From an uncultured delta proteobacterium (GTDB taxonomy: Bacteria; Desulfobacterota; Desulfobacteria; Desulfobacterales; UBA2156), in NCBI GenBank assembly GCA_963736855.1, contig CAVTQK010000013.1, forward strand, positions 96,384-160,383: a stretch of 64,000 nucleotides of DNA, given 5' to 3'. Position 1 is the stretch's first letter. Each line of letters starts with the position of its first letter. The translations under genes were made by a program, and so were the position numbers. The notes under the pieces were generated by a model. The model worked only from the letters and a program-made list of their open reading frames with translations. It ran no database searches and was not told the DNA's origin. Shown piece by piece: positions 19,712-28,394 of the stretch.

Positions 19712-20483
19712 GCTGATTTTCCTCCCTGGTTGATAATAAAGACGCCCGGGCCGCTTCCTCCAGAAACGTCTGTTTTTTACAATCCAGTTCCTTTCTATCG
19801 ACCAAAGCTCCGGCGATCCCCCCGTTCAAGGCGATTTCCGAAAGATACCATGTAGTTTCGTCGATGACTTGAAGATCCAGGTGGGCAAAGGGAAACCCCC
19901 CACGGGCCATCACGGCGCGGCAAAACGCTTTCATAGCATCTGATAGGGAAAACGGTCGGCTGGTTCCACCTGCAGAAAGATTCTGTCGGAAATTGTTCGG
20001 ATTGACCCGGGTGTAAGCTTCCATGAAATCCCCTACGATGATAACGCGGACATCCGTGAAGCATTCCAGATAAGGCTGCAGCACGAACGGGTAGAAAGAA
20101 GGGAGCATCGAGACCACGTTGTAAAGGATTTCCACCGAATCCCATCGCTTAATGCCTTGCCCGCAATGCATCCGGTCCTGTTTGGTGACCACCGACCCGA
20201 TTCCGTCCCTTGAATATCGGTTGGCCGCTTCGATGAGATCCGCCCTTCGGTAAATGACACATGTGCCGGGAATCATCCAGCCTACAAGTATTTCGGTCTG
20301 TGCGGTTTTGGAGGTATTGAGGATCCGGGCCAACGGAGAGGGGATGCAACGAATACCCCGTTCCATCATGTCGATGAGCAAAACCGTCTTGAGGGGTGTC
20401 GGGGGGAGGTTTCCGATGTAGACATCCCCTGTGGAAAGCGCTTCGTAACGGGAAGTCAGATCGTTGTGGTTTCGAACGATCAT
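19704..20483 (-). CDS. RimK-like ATP-grasp protein
   Basis: VLQPYL, DVRVIIVG, FRQNLSAGG, AHLD, LSEIALNGG. Confidence 0.75.
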   Translation of the reverse strand: MIVRNHNDLTSRYEALSTGDVYIGNLPPTPLKTVLLIDMMERGIRCIPSPLARILNTSKTAQTEILVGWMIPGTCVIYRRADLIEAANRYSRDGIGSVVTKQDRMHCGQGIKRWDSVEILYNVVSMLPSFYPFVLQPYLECFTDVRVIIVGDFMEAYTRVNPNNFRQNLSAGGTSRPFSLSDAMKAFCRAVMARGGFPFAHLDLQVIDETTWYLSEIALNGGIAGALVDRKELDCKKQTFLEEAARASLLSTREENQRE

Positions 20484-21469
20484 GCGTGACTATCCCCGGA
20501 GGAACCGCCGGCAAGCGACTTGAAGGCCGCCCGCCGCTTTTTGTCCTTCATGGCCAGATCGATCAGCCGGTCGAGGAGCGCACCGAAAGTAATCCCGGCC
20601 TTGGCGGCCGCCTGCGGTAAAAGGCTTGTGGCGGTCATGCCCGGGATGGTGTTGGTTTCCAGCACGTAGATGTCCGTACCTTTCAGGATCATGTCGGTGC
20701 GGCTGTATCCCCGGCAGAAAAGCGCCTGGTGGGCTTTCACGGCGCAAGACTTGGCCTTTTCGGTTAGGTCCCCTGATATCCGGGCTGGGCAGATTTCCTG
20801 GGAGGCTCCGGCAGTGTACTTGGCCGTGTAGTCAAAGAACTCAAAGTTTGGATTCGGAATGATCTCGATGAGCGGCAGGGCCTCCAGGGTCTCATTTCCC
20901 AAAACGCCGCCGGTGAGCTCGGTCCCCTCGATGAATTGTTCCAGAAGAATGGTGGCGTCATGAACAAAGGCGGCATCGAGGGCGGTTTTCAGGCGGTCAG
21001 GGTCCCGGACGATGGTGACACCGACGCTGGAGCCTGCGTTGGCAGGTTTGACTACCAGGGGAAGCCCCAATGCATCGATCCATTTCGTGGGATCCCAGGG
21101 ATTTTGGGATGCTACCGCCACATAAGGGGGGACCGTGAGCCCCGCCTTTTCGTACAATCGCTTGGCGGCCAATTTATTCATGGCGATGGCGCTTCCCAAC
21201 ACGCCGGAGCCCTGGTACGGGATATTCAGAAGATCCAGAAGCCCCTGGATGGTTCCGTCTTCACCGAAGGGGCCGTGGAGGATGATGAGCGCCGCATTAA
21301 TTCTGGAGGCGTCGGCCACCAACTTGGACAGGTCGGTTTTCGGATCGTACCTGAGGATATTGTATTTTTCCTTGTCCAGGGCCTCATATACCTGGCGACC
21401 GCTCTTGAGAGAGACCTCCCTTTCAGAGGAAATTCCGCCGGAAAGAAGGGCGACAGTCAGCTTTTTCAT
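20480..21469 (-). CDS. ddl: D-alanine--D-alanine ligase
   Basis: GGISSEREVSLKSG, LHGPFGEDGTIQG, VKPANAGSSVG, FDYTAKY, LETNTIPGMT; true start MKKLTVALL at 21469. Confidence 0.96.
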   Translation of the reverse strand: MKKLTVALLSGGISSEREVSLKSGRQVYEALDKEKYNILRYDPKTDLSKLVADASRINAALIILHGPFGEDGTIQGLLDLLNIPYQGSGVLGSAIAMNKLAAKRLYEKAGLTVPPYVAVASQNPWDPTKWIDALGLPLVVKPANAGSSVGVTIVRDPDRLKTALDAAFVHDATILLEQFIEGTELTGGVLGNETLEALPLIEIIPNPNFEFFDYTAKYTAGASQEICPARISGDLTEKAKSCAVKAHQALFCRGYSRTDMILKGTDIYVLETNTIPGMTATSLLPQAAAKAGITFGALLDRLIDLAMKDKKRRAAFKSLAGGSSGDSHA

Positions 21470-21489
21470 GATTTCATCTCCCAAGATAT

Positions 21490-21642
21490 GATGGCTTCGT
21501 AATAAGTCCATCTGCTGCGTTGCACTGCATCCTTCGTCATTGCGGCGTACCCATATGTACGCCTCATTCCTCAGGATTTGCACGCCTTGCATCTGAAGCT
21601 TTTTACTTTGCCATCCTAATTTTGAGTTTTTACGATTTCATC
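21490..21642. mobile_element. MITE, GATG-N4-CGTAA terminal family
   Basis: GATGGCTTCGTAATAAG...TTTTTACGATTTCATC; flanks AGATAT/AAATGT only partly match; body related to 55028-55190. Confidence 0.7.
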
Positions 21643-22138
21643 AAATGTTACGGGTGAAAAAAGTTTTTTTCGTTTGTTCGAATTCATCTCGGGTGATCAG
21701 TCCGTTTTCCAAAAGGCGAACCAGTTCCGAAAGTTCTTCCATGTGTTTAGAACGGGGGTCTTCGAGAAGCGGGGGCTTTTTCTCCGGAAAGGCCTCGATC
21801 TGTCTTCGGTCACGCGAACCGCCGACTTTAAGGGAAATCAGCCCGTCCAAGACGGAAACTTCAACAGATTTTCCACTCAAAAGGGACGGCCGCATCATTT
21901 CATATAGGGTTTTCCCTTCCCGTTTCATGCGCCGGTAGATCCGATACCCAAGGGCGAGGACGACGGCTGCACCGAAAAGGAAAATCCATCCCATGTAATT
22001 GATGATGCCACTGAAAAAAAGGACGAGAAAGCCGATCCCGGCAATCAAAAAAATATGAAGAAGCAGGATGACATGGGCTGCCATGATGGTTTTAAACAAA
22101 CCATCTCCTTCCTTCTCTTTGTTGCGCTTGAAAAACAT
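21641..22138 (-). CDS. Two-TM membrane protein with C-terminal SHOCT-like motif
   Basis: Two hydrophobic helices; ELSELVRLLENGLITRDEFEQTK. Confidence 0.75.
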   Translation of the reverse strand: MFFKRNKEKEGDGLFKTIMAAHVILLLHIFLIAGIGFLVLFFSGIINYMGWIFLFGAAVVLALGYRIYRRMKREGKTLYEMMRPSLLSGKSVEVSVLDGLISLKVGGSRDRRQIEAFPEKKPPLLEDPRSKHMEELSELVRLLENGLITRDEFEQTKKTFFTRNI

Positions 22139-22141
22139 GAT

Positions 22142-22543
22142 TCAAGATCGCTTATAGTCTATTTTTTTCAGTTTCTTTTCCATGCGATCCACCAGTTTAC
22201 ACGCGTAATGTTGGGGAACGTCGAGTTCAATGGTGGATCTTCGCATGGCGTTCAATCGCAGGATTAGAAAATTCAATTTTTTGGTCAGACGGTATTTTTC
22301 CTGGGCGTCTTTCATGTCCGCCAGAAGATCTTCGGTGCGATGAATTTCATTTTTCAACTCAATTTCAGGGGGCAGGCAATCCGCGTTTTTCAAAATCTTA
22401 TGGGCCAGACGGAGATCCTCCGGGATGTGGCCATCATCTTCCAGACGCAGGGGTTTTCCAGAGCCGGGAAGGTTTTCAAACTCACCCTCCATCATGGCCC
22501 TTTGAATCCGTTCCTCGATGATCCGTGTAAAACCGGGAAACAT
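22142..22543 (-). CDS. DUF1992 (DnaJ-C28-like) family protein
   Basis: IEERIQRAMMEGEFENLPGSGKPL, LRLAHKILKNADCLPPEIEL. Confidence 0.88.
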   Translation of the reverse strand: MFPGFTRIIEERIQRAMMEGEFENLPGSGKPLRLEDDGHIPEDLRLAHKILKNADCLPPEIELKNEIHRTEDLLADMKDAQEKYRLTKKLNFLILRLNAMRRSTIELDVPQHYACKLVDRMEKKLKKIDYKRS

Positions 22544-22711
22544 ATAAGTTTTCTATAAGCTCTGATGATATTCTTTTCGTATAATATATACGGACTGGTT
22601 TTCCTTTTCAAGCCATAAAAGGGCCGATTATCGTTTGACCCAGGCGGCCATCATTTGATAAATTAGAAAAATATTGAGAGTGTAAAGGATGAATCCGGAA
22701 AGGAAAAAGGG

Positions 22712-24214
22712 ATGAGGCGGATCGCGTTTGCGGGGACCGACGGAAGGACGATGTTGTGGGCACTGGTCACCGCCACGGCCACCAGCGAACAGCACCCCGA
22801 GCCTTTTGAAGGGGTGGTGGTCCGTGGAACACCGTCAATGCCCGAATTTTCAAGGCGACTGCAATGGCCGGTGGCCTTTGTCCCGACACAGAGTAATGCC
22901 GCAAAAGATTATGCTTCAGCCGTCATCGAAGCCATAAAGCGTCAGGAGATCGACGCCGTAGTTCCCATGCCGGAGGCGCTTTTATTTGAAGGGATCGTGG
23001 ATGATCTGGAAGCGGCGGGTCTTTCCGATCGTATCGTGGGGTTGAGCCGGGCAGGCGCATTCATAGAAGGCGACAAGATCCGCTGCAAATACTTATGCAA
23101 GAAGGCCGGAATCCCTGTGGCACCCCGGTGGCGGGATGTCGATGCAAGACAGTATCCGGATGTCCTGACGACTTGTCTGTCCTTTATCGACGCCTTTGGC
23201 GGCGCCGTTCTCAAATATCCATACAGTGCCGGCGGAAAAGGGGCTCGAATCATCCTCAACACGTGGGACATCCGGGAAGTCTACGACACCCTGATGCGCG
23301 ATTATACGAACGATTATCGCCGGCTTTTCGGAAAGAAGGCAAACTGGCCTCTGCTTATCGAAGCCCGGATGTCGGGTGTAGAGATTTCTTTTACGATTTT
23401 CGTGGACAAAGTGGGAAATTATCAGATCCTGCCCACGGCCATGGATTATCCGGAACGGTTCGAGGGGCCCGCCAGCAAGGATAATCCCATTACCGGAGGT
23501 GTCGGGGCCATCTCTCCTCACCCCATGGAAACGACGGAGCTCAAAGAGATGGCCGGCAAGCGGATTGCCGAACCCCTGATCCATGCTATGAAGGAAGAAG
23601 GGATTCTGCGCCCCTGTGTGATCTATCCGGGATGTTTCGTCTCCCTGGACGCTTTCGGCCGTTCCACGGACATCCGGGTGTGCGAGATCAACATACGCCT
23701 GGGGGAGCCCGAAGCTCAGCCTGTTGCCCGGCGGTTGAGAAACCTGGGAGCCCTGATCAAAGGTACTCTTGAGGGGACTCTCGATCAGATTCAGCCCGAG
23801 GTCCGGGATGATCAGGTGGCGCTTAGCATGGCCTTAGTCACCGGTCCGGGCGGGCCGGATGGACAGCGGGGATACCCCTGGTCCTGCACCAAGGGCGAGG
23901 CGCTTGAAATCGACTTTCCCTATTTCAAGCGCAAGGGGATTCAAATCATCCCTTCGGCCATGACCTATTCCCCGGAAGAAGGGGTTTTCAAATCCGACGG
24001 GACTCGGGTGGCGTATCTCAACGCCAATGTAACGGTCAAACCCGGTGAAGACCGGGGGCAGGTGGTGGAACGGTTGCGGAACAAGCTCCTGGCGGCCTTT
24101 GACAACGGGAAGATCCGGGTCATCCCAAGAGAAAATCCCCAGGGAAACCGTCTCGATATGAGGCGGGACCTGGGAACCCATTATGCAAAGGCAGCAGAAA
24201 TTTTTCAGTTATAA
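22712..24214 (+). CDS. Divergent phosphoribosylamine--glycine ligase (PurD)-like ATP-grasp enzyme
   Basis: PMPEALLFEGIVD, FIEGDK, AGGKG, GVEISF, NPITGGVGAISP, EINIRLGEPEAQ parallel the PurD motifs. Confidence 0.75.
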   Translation: MRRIAFAGTDGRTMLWALVTATATSEQHPEPFEGVVVRGTPSMPEFSRRLQWPVAFVPTQSNAAKDYASAVIEAIKRQEIDAVVPMPEALLFEGIVDDLEAAGLSDRIVGLSRAGAFIEGDKIRCKYLCKKAGIPVAPRWRDVDARQYPDVLTTCLSFIDAFGGAVLKYPYSAGGKGARIILNTWDIREVYDTLMRDYTNDYRRLFGKKANWPLLIEARMSGVEISFTIFVDKVGNYQILPTAMDYPERFEGPASKDNPITGGVGAISPHPMETTELKEMAGKRIAEPLIHAMKEEGILRPCVIYPGCFVSLDAFGRSTDIRVCEINIRLGEPEAQPVARRLRNLGALIKGTLEGTLDQIQPEVRDDQVALSMALVTGPGGPDGQRGYPWSCTKGEALEIDFPYFKRKGIQIIPSAMTYSPEEGVFKSDGTRVAYLNANVTVKPGEDRGQVVERLRNKLLAAFDNGKIRVIPRENPQGNRLDMRRDLGTHYAKAAEIFQL

Positions 24215-24249
24215 CAATCCCGAAAAACTTCAGAAACGGGTGCCTTAAA

Positions 24250-24884
24250 ATGAAGTTGTTTGGAAAAATTGGAAAAAGCATTATATTTCTTGGCATTGCA
24301 TGCGGTTTACTGATGCCCGGATCGCCCCAGGTGAAAGCCAGGGAAGGCGTCGATCCCGAAGCAACCCTCGTGGTTCCGGTGGATGTGCTGCAAAAAATCA
24401 TCCGGGAGGTGCTTCCCGTTGAGACTTGAAAAAATGGAAAATTTTACGGGAAGGCTCTGGGTTCATTCCATCGAAAAGTTATTTTTGGGAAATAATATCG
24501 TATCCTTTATAGCCCGGGTGCAGGGAAAAGATCTTGCCTATATGCGAAAAATTGCGGGATACCCGGCGGCTGTGAAATTCGGTGCAGTGGATCTGACGTT
24601 TGACTGCTCGGCATCGCTTTCCTTTCGATCAGAAACGGCGCCTTCTCATTTTCAAGCCCCGGATTCGTCCGGCAGAAAAGGGAAATGAACTTTTAACCCC
24701 TTTGCTGATGGCCCTGGTGAATGAAAACGAATATCCTGTGGAAATCGAGAAGCTCAAACCCTTTGATATCCGATTGGGAAATTCTCCGATGCTGGCTCAC
24801 ACGGACATATCGAGTATTACTACCTTGAGTAACCGACTGATGATCGGGATTTCTCCCAGAATTCAAAAAAGTGAAAAGAAGTGA
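24250..24884 (+). pseudogene. Exported hypothetical protein split by two apparent frameshifts
   Basis: Signal-like MKLFGKIGKSIIFLGIACGLLMPG at 24250, continued in ORFs 24383..24688 and 24600..24884. Confidence 0.5.
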
Positions 24885-24940
24885 TTTTTAATACTTGCAA
24901 GGTAACTAAACAGGGTGTTTTTATCGGTTAAGGGAAAAGA

Positions 24941-25348
24941 ATGAAAAAGCTGATTAAGCGGATCAGTTTGATGTTTGCGGCAGGTGCCATGGGTGGATTG
25001 ATCAACAGCCTGGTGGTCTGGTTTTTCGGGGTCAAAGGAATCGCCGCCCACTTCGGGGTAGCCATTGCACCCGCCCTGACCGGTTCGTGGCTTTATCCCA
25101 GGGTGGTTTGGGGAGGGATCTGGGGGGGTTTGTTCCTGCTGCCCCTGATGGAAAACCGACAGATTCCCAGAGGCCTGGTGTTCAGCCTGGGCCCCACCCT
25201 GGTGCAGCTTTTTTTTATTTTCCCCGCGATGGCCCACAAGGGATTTCTGGGTGTCGAGCTCGGCGCCCTGACTCCGGTTTTTGTAATCTTTTACAATGCG
25301 ATCTGGGGAGTCATCACGGCTCTCTGGCTCAAATGGACGGATAAATAG
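24941..25348 (+). CDS. Small four-TM membrane protein
   Basis: Four hydrophobic segments; WLYPRVVWGGIWG motif. Confidence 0.75.
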   Translation: MKKLIKRISLMFAAGAMGGLINSLVVWFFGVKGIAAHFGVAIAPALTGSWLYPRVVWGGIWGGLFLLPLMENRQIPRGLVFSLGPTLVQLFFIFPAMAHKGFLGVELGALTPVFVIFYNAIWGVITALWLKWTDK

Positions 25349-25397
25349 CCATGAATAGATTCGATACGTATGGTGTCGACGAACAAACAGGTGAACG

Positions 25398-27314
25398 ATG
25401 ATTGAACTGACTTTTCCGGATGGAGCCCAAAAACAATTTGAAAACCCGCCGACAGGGTTGGAGGTCGCCAAAAGCATCTCAGAAGTCCTGGCTCGGGAGA
25501 GCGTTGCCATTCAGCTCAACGGAACGATCGTTGACCTGACTCGAAGGATCGAACACGACACCGCTATAAGGTTGATCACCACCAAGGATACTGAGGCCCT
25601 TGAAATCATGAGGCACAGCGCCGCCCATGTAATGGCCCAGGCCATTTTACATATATACCCGAATGCAAAACTGACCATCGGCCCGGTGGTGGGAAACGAA
25701 TTTTATTATGACATCGACATGGAATCGGTGTCCGAGGAAGACTTCCCTCAGATCGAAGCGGAGATGAAAAAGATCGTGGCGGCAAAGATTCCGCTCCAGC
25801 GCCGGGAAGTCTCCAAGGCCGAAGCCATGAACCTCTACCGGAACGAGCCTTATAAGCTGGAGATGATCTCGGAGCTTCAAGACGGCACCATCACCGTCTA
25901 CAAGCAGGGGGATTTTGCGGACTTGTGTCGGGGGCCCCATGTACCGCATACCGGATTCATCAGGGCCTTCAAGCTGACCAAGGTTTCCGGAGCCTACTGG
26001 CGGGGTGATCAAGCCAAAGCCCAGCTTCAGCGGATTTACGGGACGGCTTTTTTCTCCAAAAAGGACATGGATGAGTACCTGTTCTTGCTGGAGGAGGCCA
26101 AGAAGCGAAACCACCGGAAATTGGGAACCCTTCTGGAACTGTTCAGCTTTCATGACGAAGCGCCGGGGATGCCCTTTTTCCATGCCAAGGGGATGGTGGT
26201 CTGGAACCAGCTTTTGGATTACTGGAGAGAGGAACACGAGGCGGCGGGATATGTGGAAATAAAGACGCCTATCATGCTGAACCGAACCTTGTGGGAGCGA
26301 AGCGGACATTGGGAAAACTACCGCGAAAACATGTACTTTTCCAAGGTCGAAGATTTCGAGTACGCCGTCAAACCCATGAACTGCCCCGGAGGAATGCTGA
26401 TTTATAAATCCCGAATGCACTCATACAAAGAATTTCCCATCCGGGCAGCGGAAATCGGGTTGGTTCACCGTCACGAACTGAGCGGGGTTCTTTCCGGTCT
26501 GTTCCGGGTGAGGGCTTTCCATCAGGACGACGCCCATATTTATATGATCCCGGATCAGATCCGGGCAGAGATCCTGGGGGTGCTGCATCTGGTACAACGC
26601 ATTTACAGCACTTTCGGTCTGGGCTTTCACCTGGAGCTTTCCACCCGGCCGGAAAAATCCATCGGCACCGATGAACAGTGGGAACAGGCAACGGAGGGTT
26701 TACGGTCGGCGCTGGTCGATTACGACCAGGGTTTTACGGTCAATGAGGGCGATGGCGCCTTTTATGGGCCTAAAATCGATTGCCACATCAAGGATGCCCT
26801 GGGCCGCACCTGGCAATGCGGAACGATCCAGTTGGACATGTCTCAACCGGATCGATTCGATCTGACTTATATCGGCGCGGATAACGAGAAGCATCGGCCC
26901 ATCATGATCCATCGTACCGTCTACGGTTCCATTGAGCGGTTCTTCGGGATCCTCATCGAGCATTTTGCCGGCCGATTTCCCTTGTGGATGGCACCCGTCC
27001 AGGCGATTCTTTTGCCCATCAACGACGCCCTGGCCTCTTTTGCCCGGGAACAGGAGAAACGGCTTAAGGAAAAGGGGCTCCGCTTAGAGGTGGATGACCG
27101 GGCCGAAAGCCTGAATAAAAAAATACGGGAAGCCCAGATGAAACAGATTCCTCTGATCATGGCCCTCGGAGAAAAAGAAAAGGCTTCGGGATCATTTTCC
27201 ATCAGGACCCTGGATGGAAAAGTAGCGCAAGGGTTGACCCCGGATCGGTTTTTCGACCGGGTTTTGTCCCATGTAAAGGAAAGAAGGCTTGACCTGATTT
27301 CCTTTTCAGGCTGA
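25398..27314 (+). CDS. thrS: Threonine--tRNA ligase
   Basis: RHSAAHVMAQA, DLCRGPHV, KPMNCPG, GAFYGPKID, WQCGTIQLD, IHRTVYGSIERF. Confidence 0.98.
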   Translation: MIELTFPDGAQKQFENPPTGLEVAKSISEVLARESVAIQLNGTIVDLTRRIEHDTAIRLITTKDTEALEIMRHSAAHVMAQAILHIYPNAKLTIGPVVGNEFYYDIDMESVSEEDFPQIEAEMKKIVAAKIPLQRREVSKAEAMNLYRNEPYKLEMISELQDGTITVYKQGDFADLCRGPHVPHTGFIRAFKLTKVSGAYWRGDQAKAQLQRIYGTAFFSKKDMDEYLFLLEEAKKRNHRKLGTLLELFSFHDEAPGMPFFHAKGMVVWNQLLDYWREEHEAAGYVEIKTPIMLNRTLWERSGHWENYRENMYFSKVEDFEYAVKPMNCPGGMLIYKSRMHSYKEFPIRAAEIGLVHRHELSGVLSGLFRVRAFHQDDAHIYMIPDQIRAEILGVLHLVQRIYSTFGLGFHLELSTRPEKSIGTDEQWEQATEGLRSALVDYDQGFTVNEGDGAFYGPKIDCHIKDALGRTWQCGTIQLDMSQPDRFDLTYIGADNEKHRPIMIHRTVYGSIERFFGILIEHFAGRFPLWMAPVQAILLPINDALASFAREQEKRLKEKGLRLEVDDRAESLNKKIREAQMKQIPLIMALGEKEKASGSFSIRTLDGKVAQGLTPDRFFDRVLSHVKERRLDLISFSG

Positions 27315-27529
27315 TGAAAAAAAATAGCGAAAACGCCGGCGTGACCACGCATCGCATCCGGTGGTGTGACTTGAAATGCCCGGAGGCCGAGTTTGCCAAA
27401 GCCGACGCCCTGGACGGGTCCTGTCGGACCTTCCAATCGCTTTGGTGCAAAAAACTCAAAAGACATGTGACCAAAAACGCACCCTGTGAAGTCTTATTCG
27501 GAAAACGACGTCCTACCACCGGATGGTGA
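27314..27529 (+). CDS. Small Cys-rich protein
   Basis: ATG overlaps thrS stop (TGATG); 5 Cys including CxxxC. Confidence 0.6.
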   Translation: MKKNSENAGVTTHRIRWCDLKCPEAEFAKADALDGSCRTFQSLWCKKLKRHVTKNAPCEVLFGKRRPTTGW

Positions 27530-27962
27530 ATATTTTTCGAGAGTTGAAAAGCGGCGACGCCTTCTTTCGGACTGGCTGCCGGTTTTGCTGTACTGCCTGC
27601 TGATATTTTTTCAATCGGCATTTCCTCCGGTAGTGCGTGAACCGATATTCCCATTTGCCGATAAGGCGGCCCACGGGATGATTTACGCCGTGCTGGGGAT
27701 TCTTTTTTACAAGGCCTTCAAGACCCGTTCGGTAAAAAACCTTAAAGCCTTTGGTTGGGCTGCCCTGGCATCGACACTTTACGGAGTGAGCGATGAAATC
27801 CACCAGGCATTCGTTCCGGAAAGATCCGCCGAAATGGCCGATGTCCTGGCCGACGGCCTCGGGAGCCTTCTGGGGATTCTGTTGTTCGTGATCCTGTTTC
27901 CGGCATTTCGGAAAAGCCCCCCTCCTGCTCCGGAGCCTCCTTTGCAGGAAATCCCGGATTGA
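27486..27962 (+). CDS. VanZ-like membrane protein; start uncertain
   Basis: DKAAHGMIYAVLG, YGVSDEIHQAFVPERSA..DVLAD. Confidence 0.85.
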   Translation: MKSYSENDVLPPDGEYFSRVEKRRRLLSDWLPVLLYCLLIFFQSAFPPVVREPIFPFADKAAHGMIYAVLGILFYKAFKTRSVKNLKAFGWAALASTLYGVSDEIHQAFVPERSAEMADVLADGLGSLLGILLFVILFPAFRKSPPPAPEPPLQEIPD

Positions 27963-27976
27963 CCGGGTCTTTTTTT
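27953..27976 (+). terminator. Possible intrinsic terminator
   Basis: CCCGG-ATTGA-CCGGG followed by TCTTTTTTTT at the end of the thrS-vanZ run. Confidence 0.4.
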
Positions 27977-28120
27977 AATATGTAAAGCCTCTCATTTCAA
28001 ACGGCTTTCCGAAACGATCCTGACCCTTTCCGATCCGACCTCACCTTCCAAAGATTCGCCATCGAGATAACCCCCTCTCCGACAATCTAAAACGGTATAA
28101 AAAGACTATTTGTCAACTAT

Positions 28121-28311
28121 GATGGCTTCGTAAAAAGGTTTTGTGAGCGCCATTCAAGTCTTTTCGGAAAAAGAGAGTAAAAGGGTTGAGCGTTAAAAAA
28201 TCTCAAGCTGTTTGAGGCACTTGTGCCGAGTTCTTGAGATTTAGCGAAACCCTTTGGATCTTCCGAAAAGACTTGCGGTGCGAGAAAAATCAGCCTTTTT
28301 ACGAAGCCATC
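28121..28311. mobile_element. MITE (191 bp), perfect 18-bp TIR, 6-bp TSD
   Basis: GATGGCTTCGTAAAAAGG / CCTTTTTACGAAGCCATC; AACTAT on both sides. Confidence 0.9.
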
Positions 28312-28394
28312 AACTATAAATGAGTCGGTAACAAATTCTTGACAAAAAAGAAGATTTCGGCCATGGAAAAAAATAATGCCATGAAAGGAAGCCG

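Noticed and set aside
21470..21592. N-terminal extension of ddl in the ORF track
   Set aside because: The extension is read through a MITE; the Ddl-like sequence starts at MKKLTVALL (21469)
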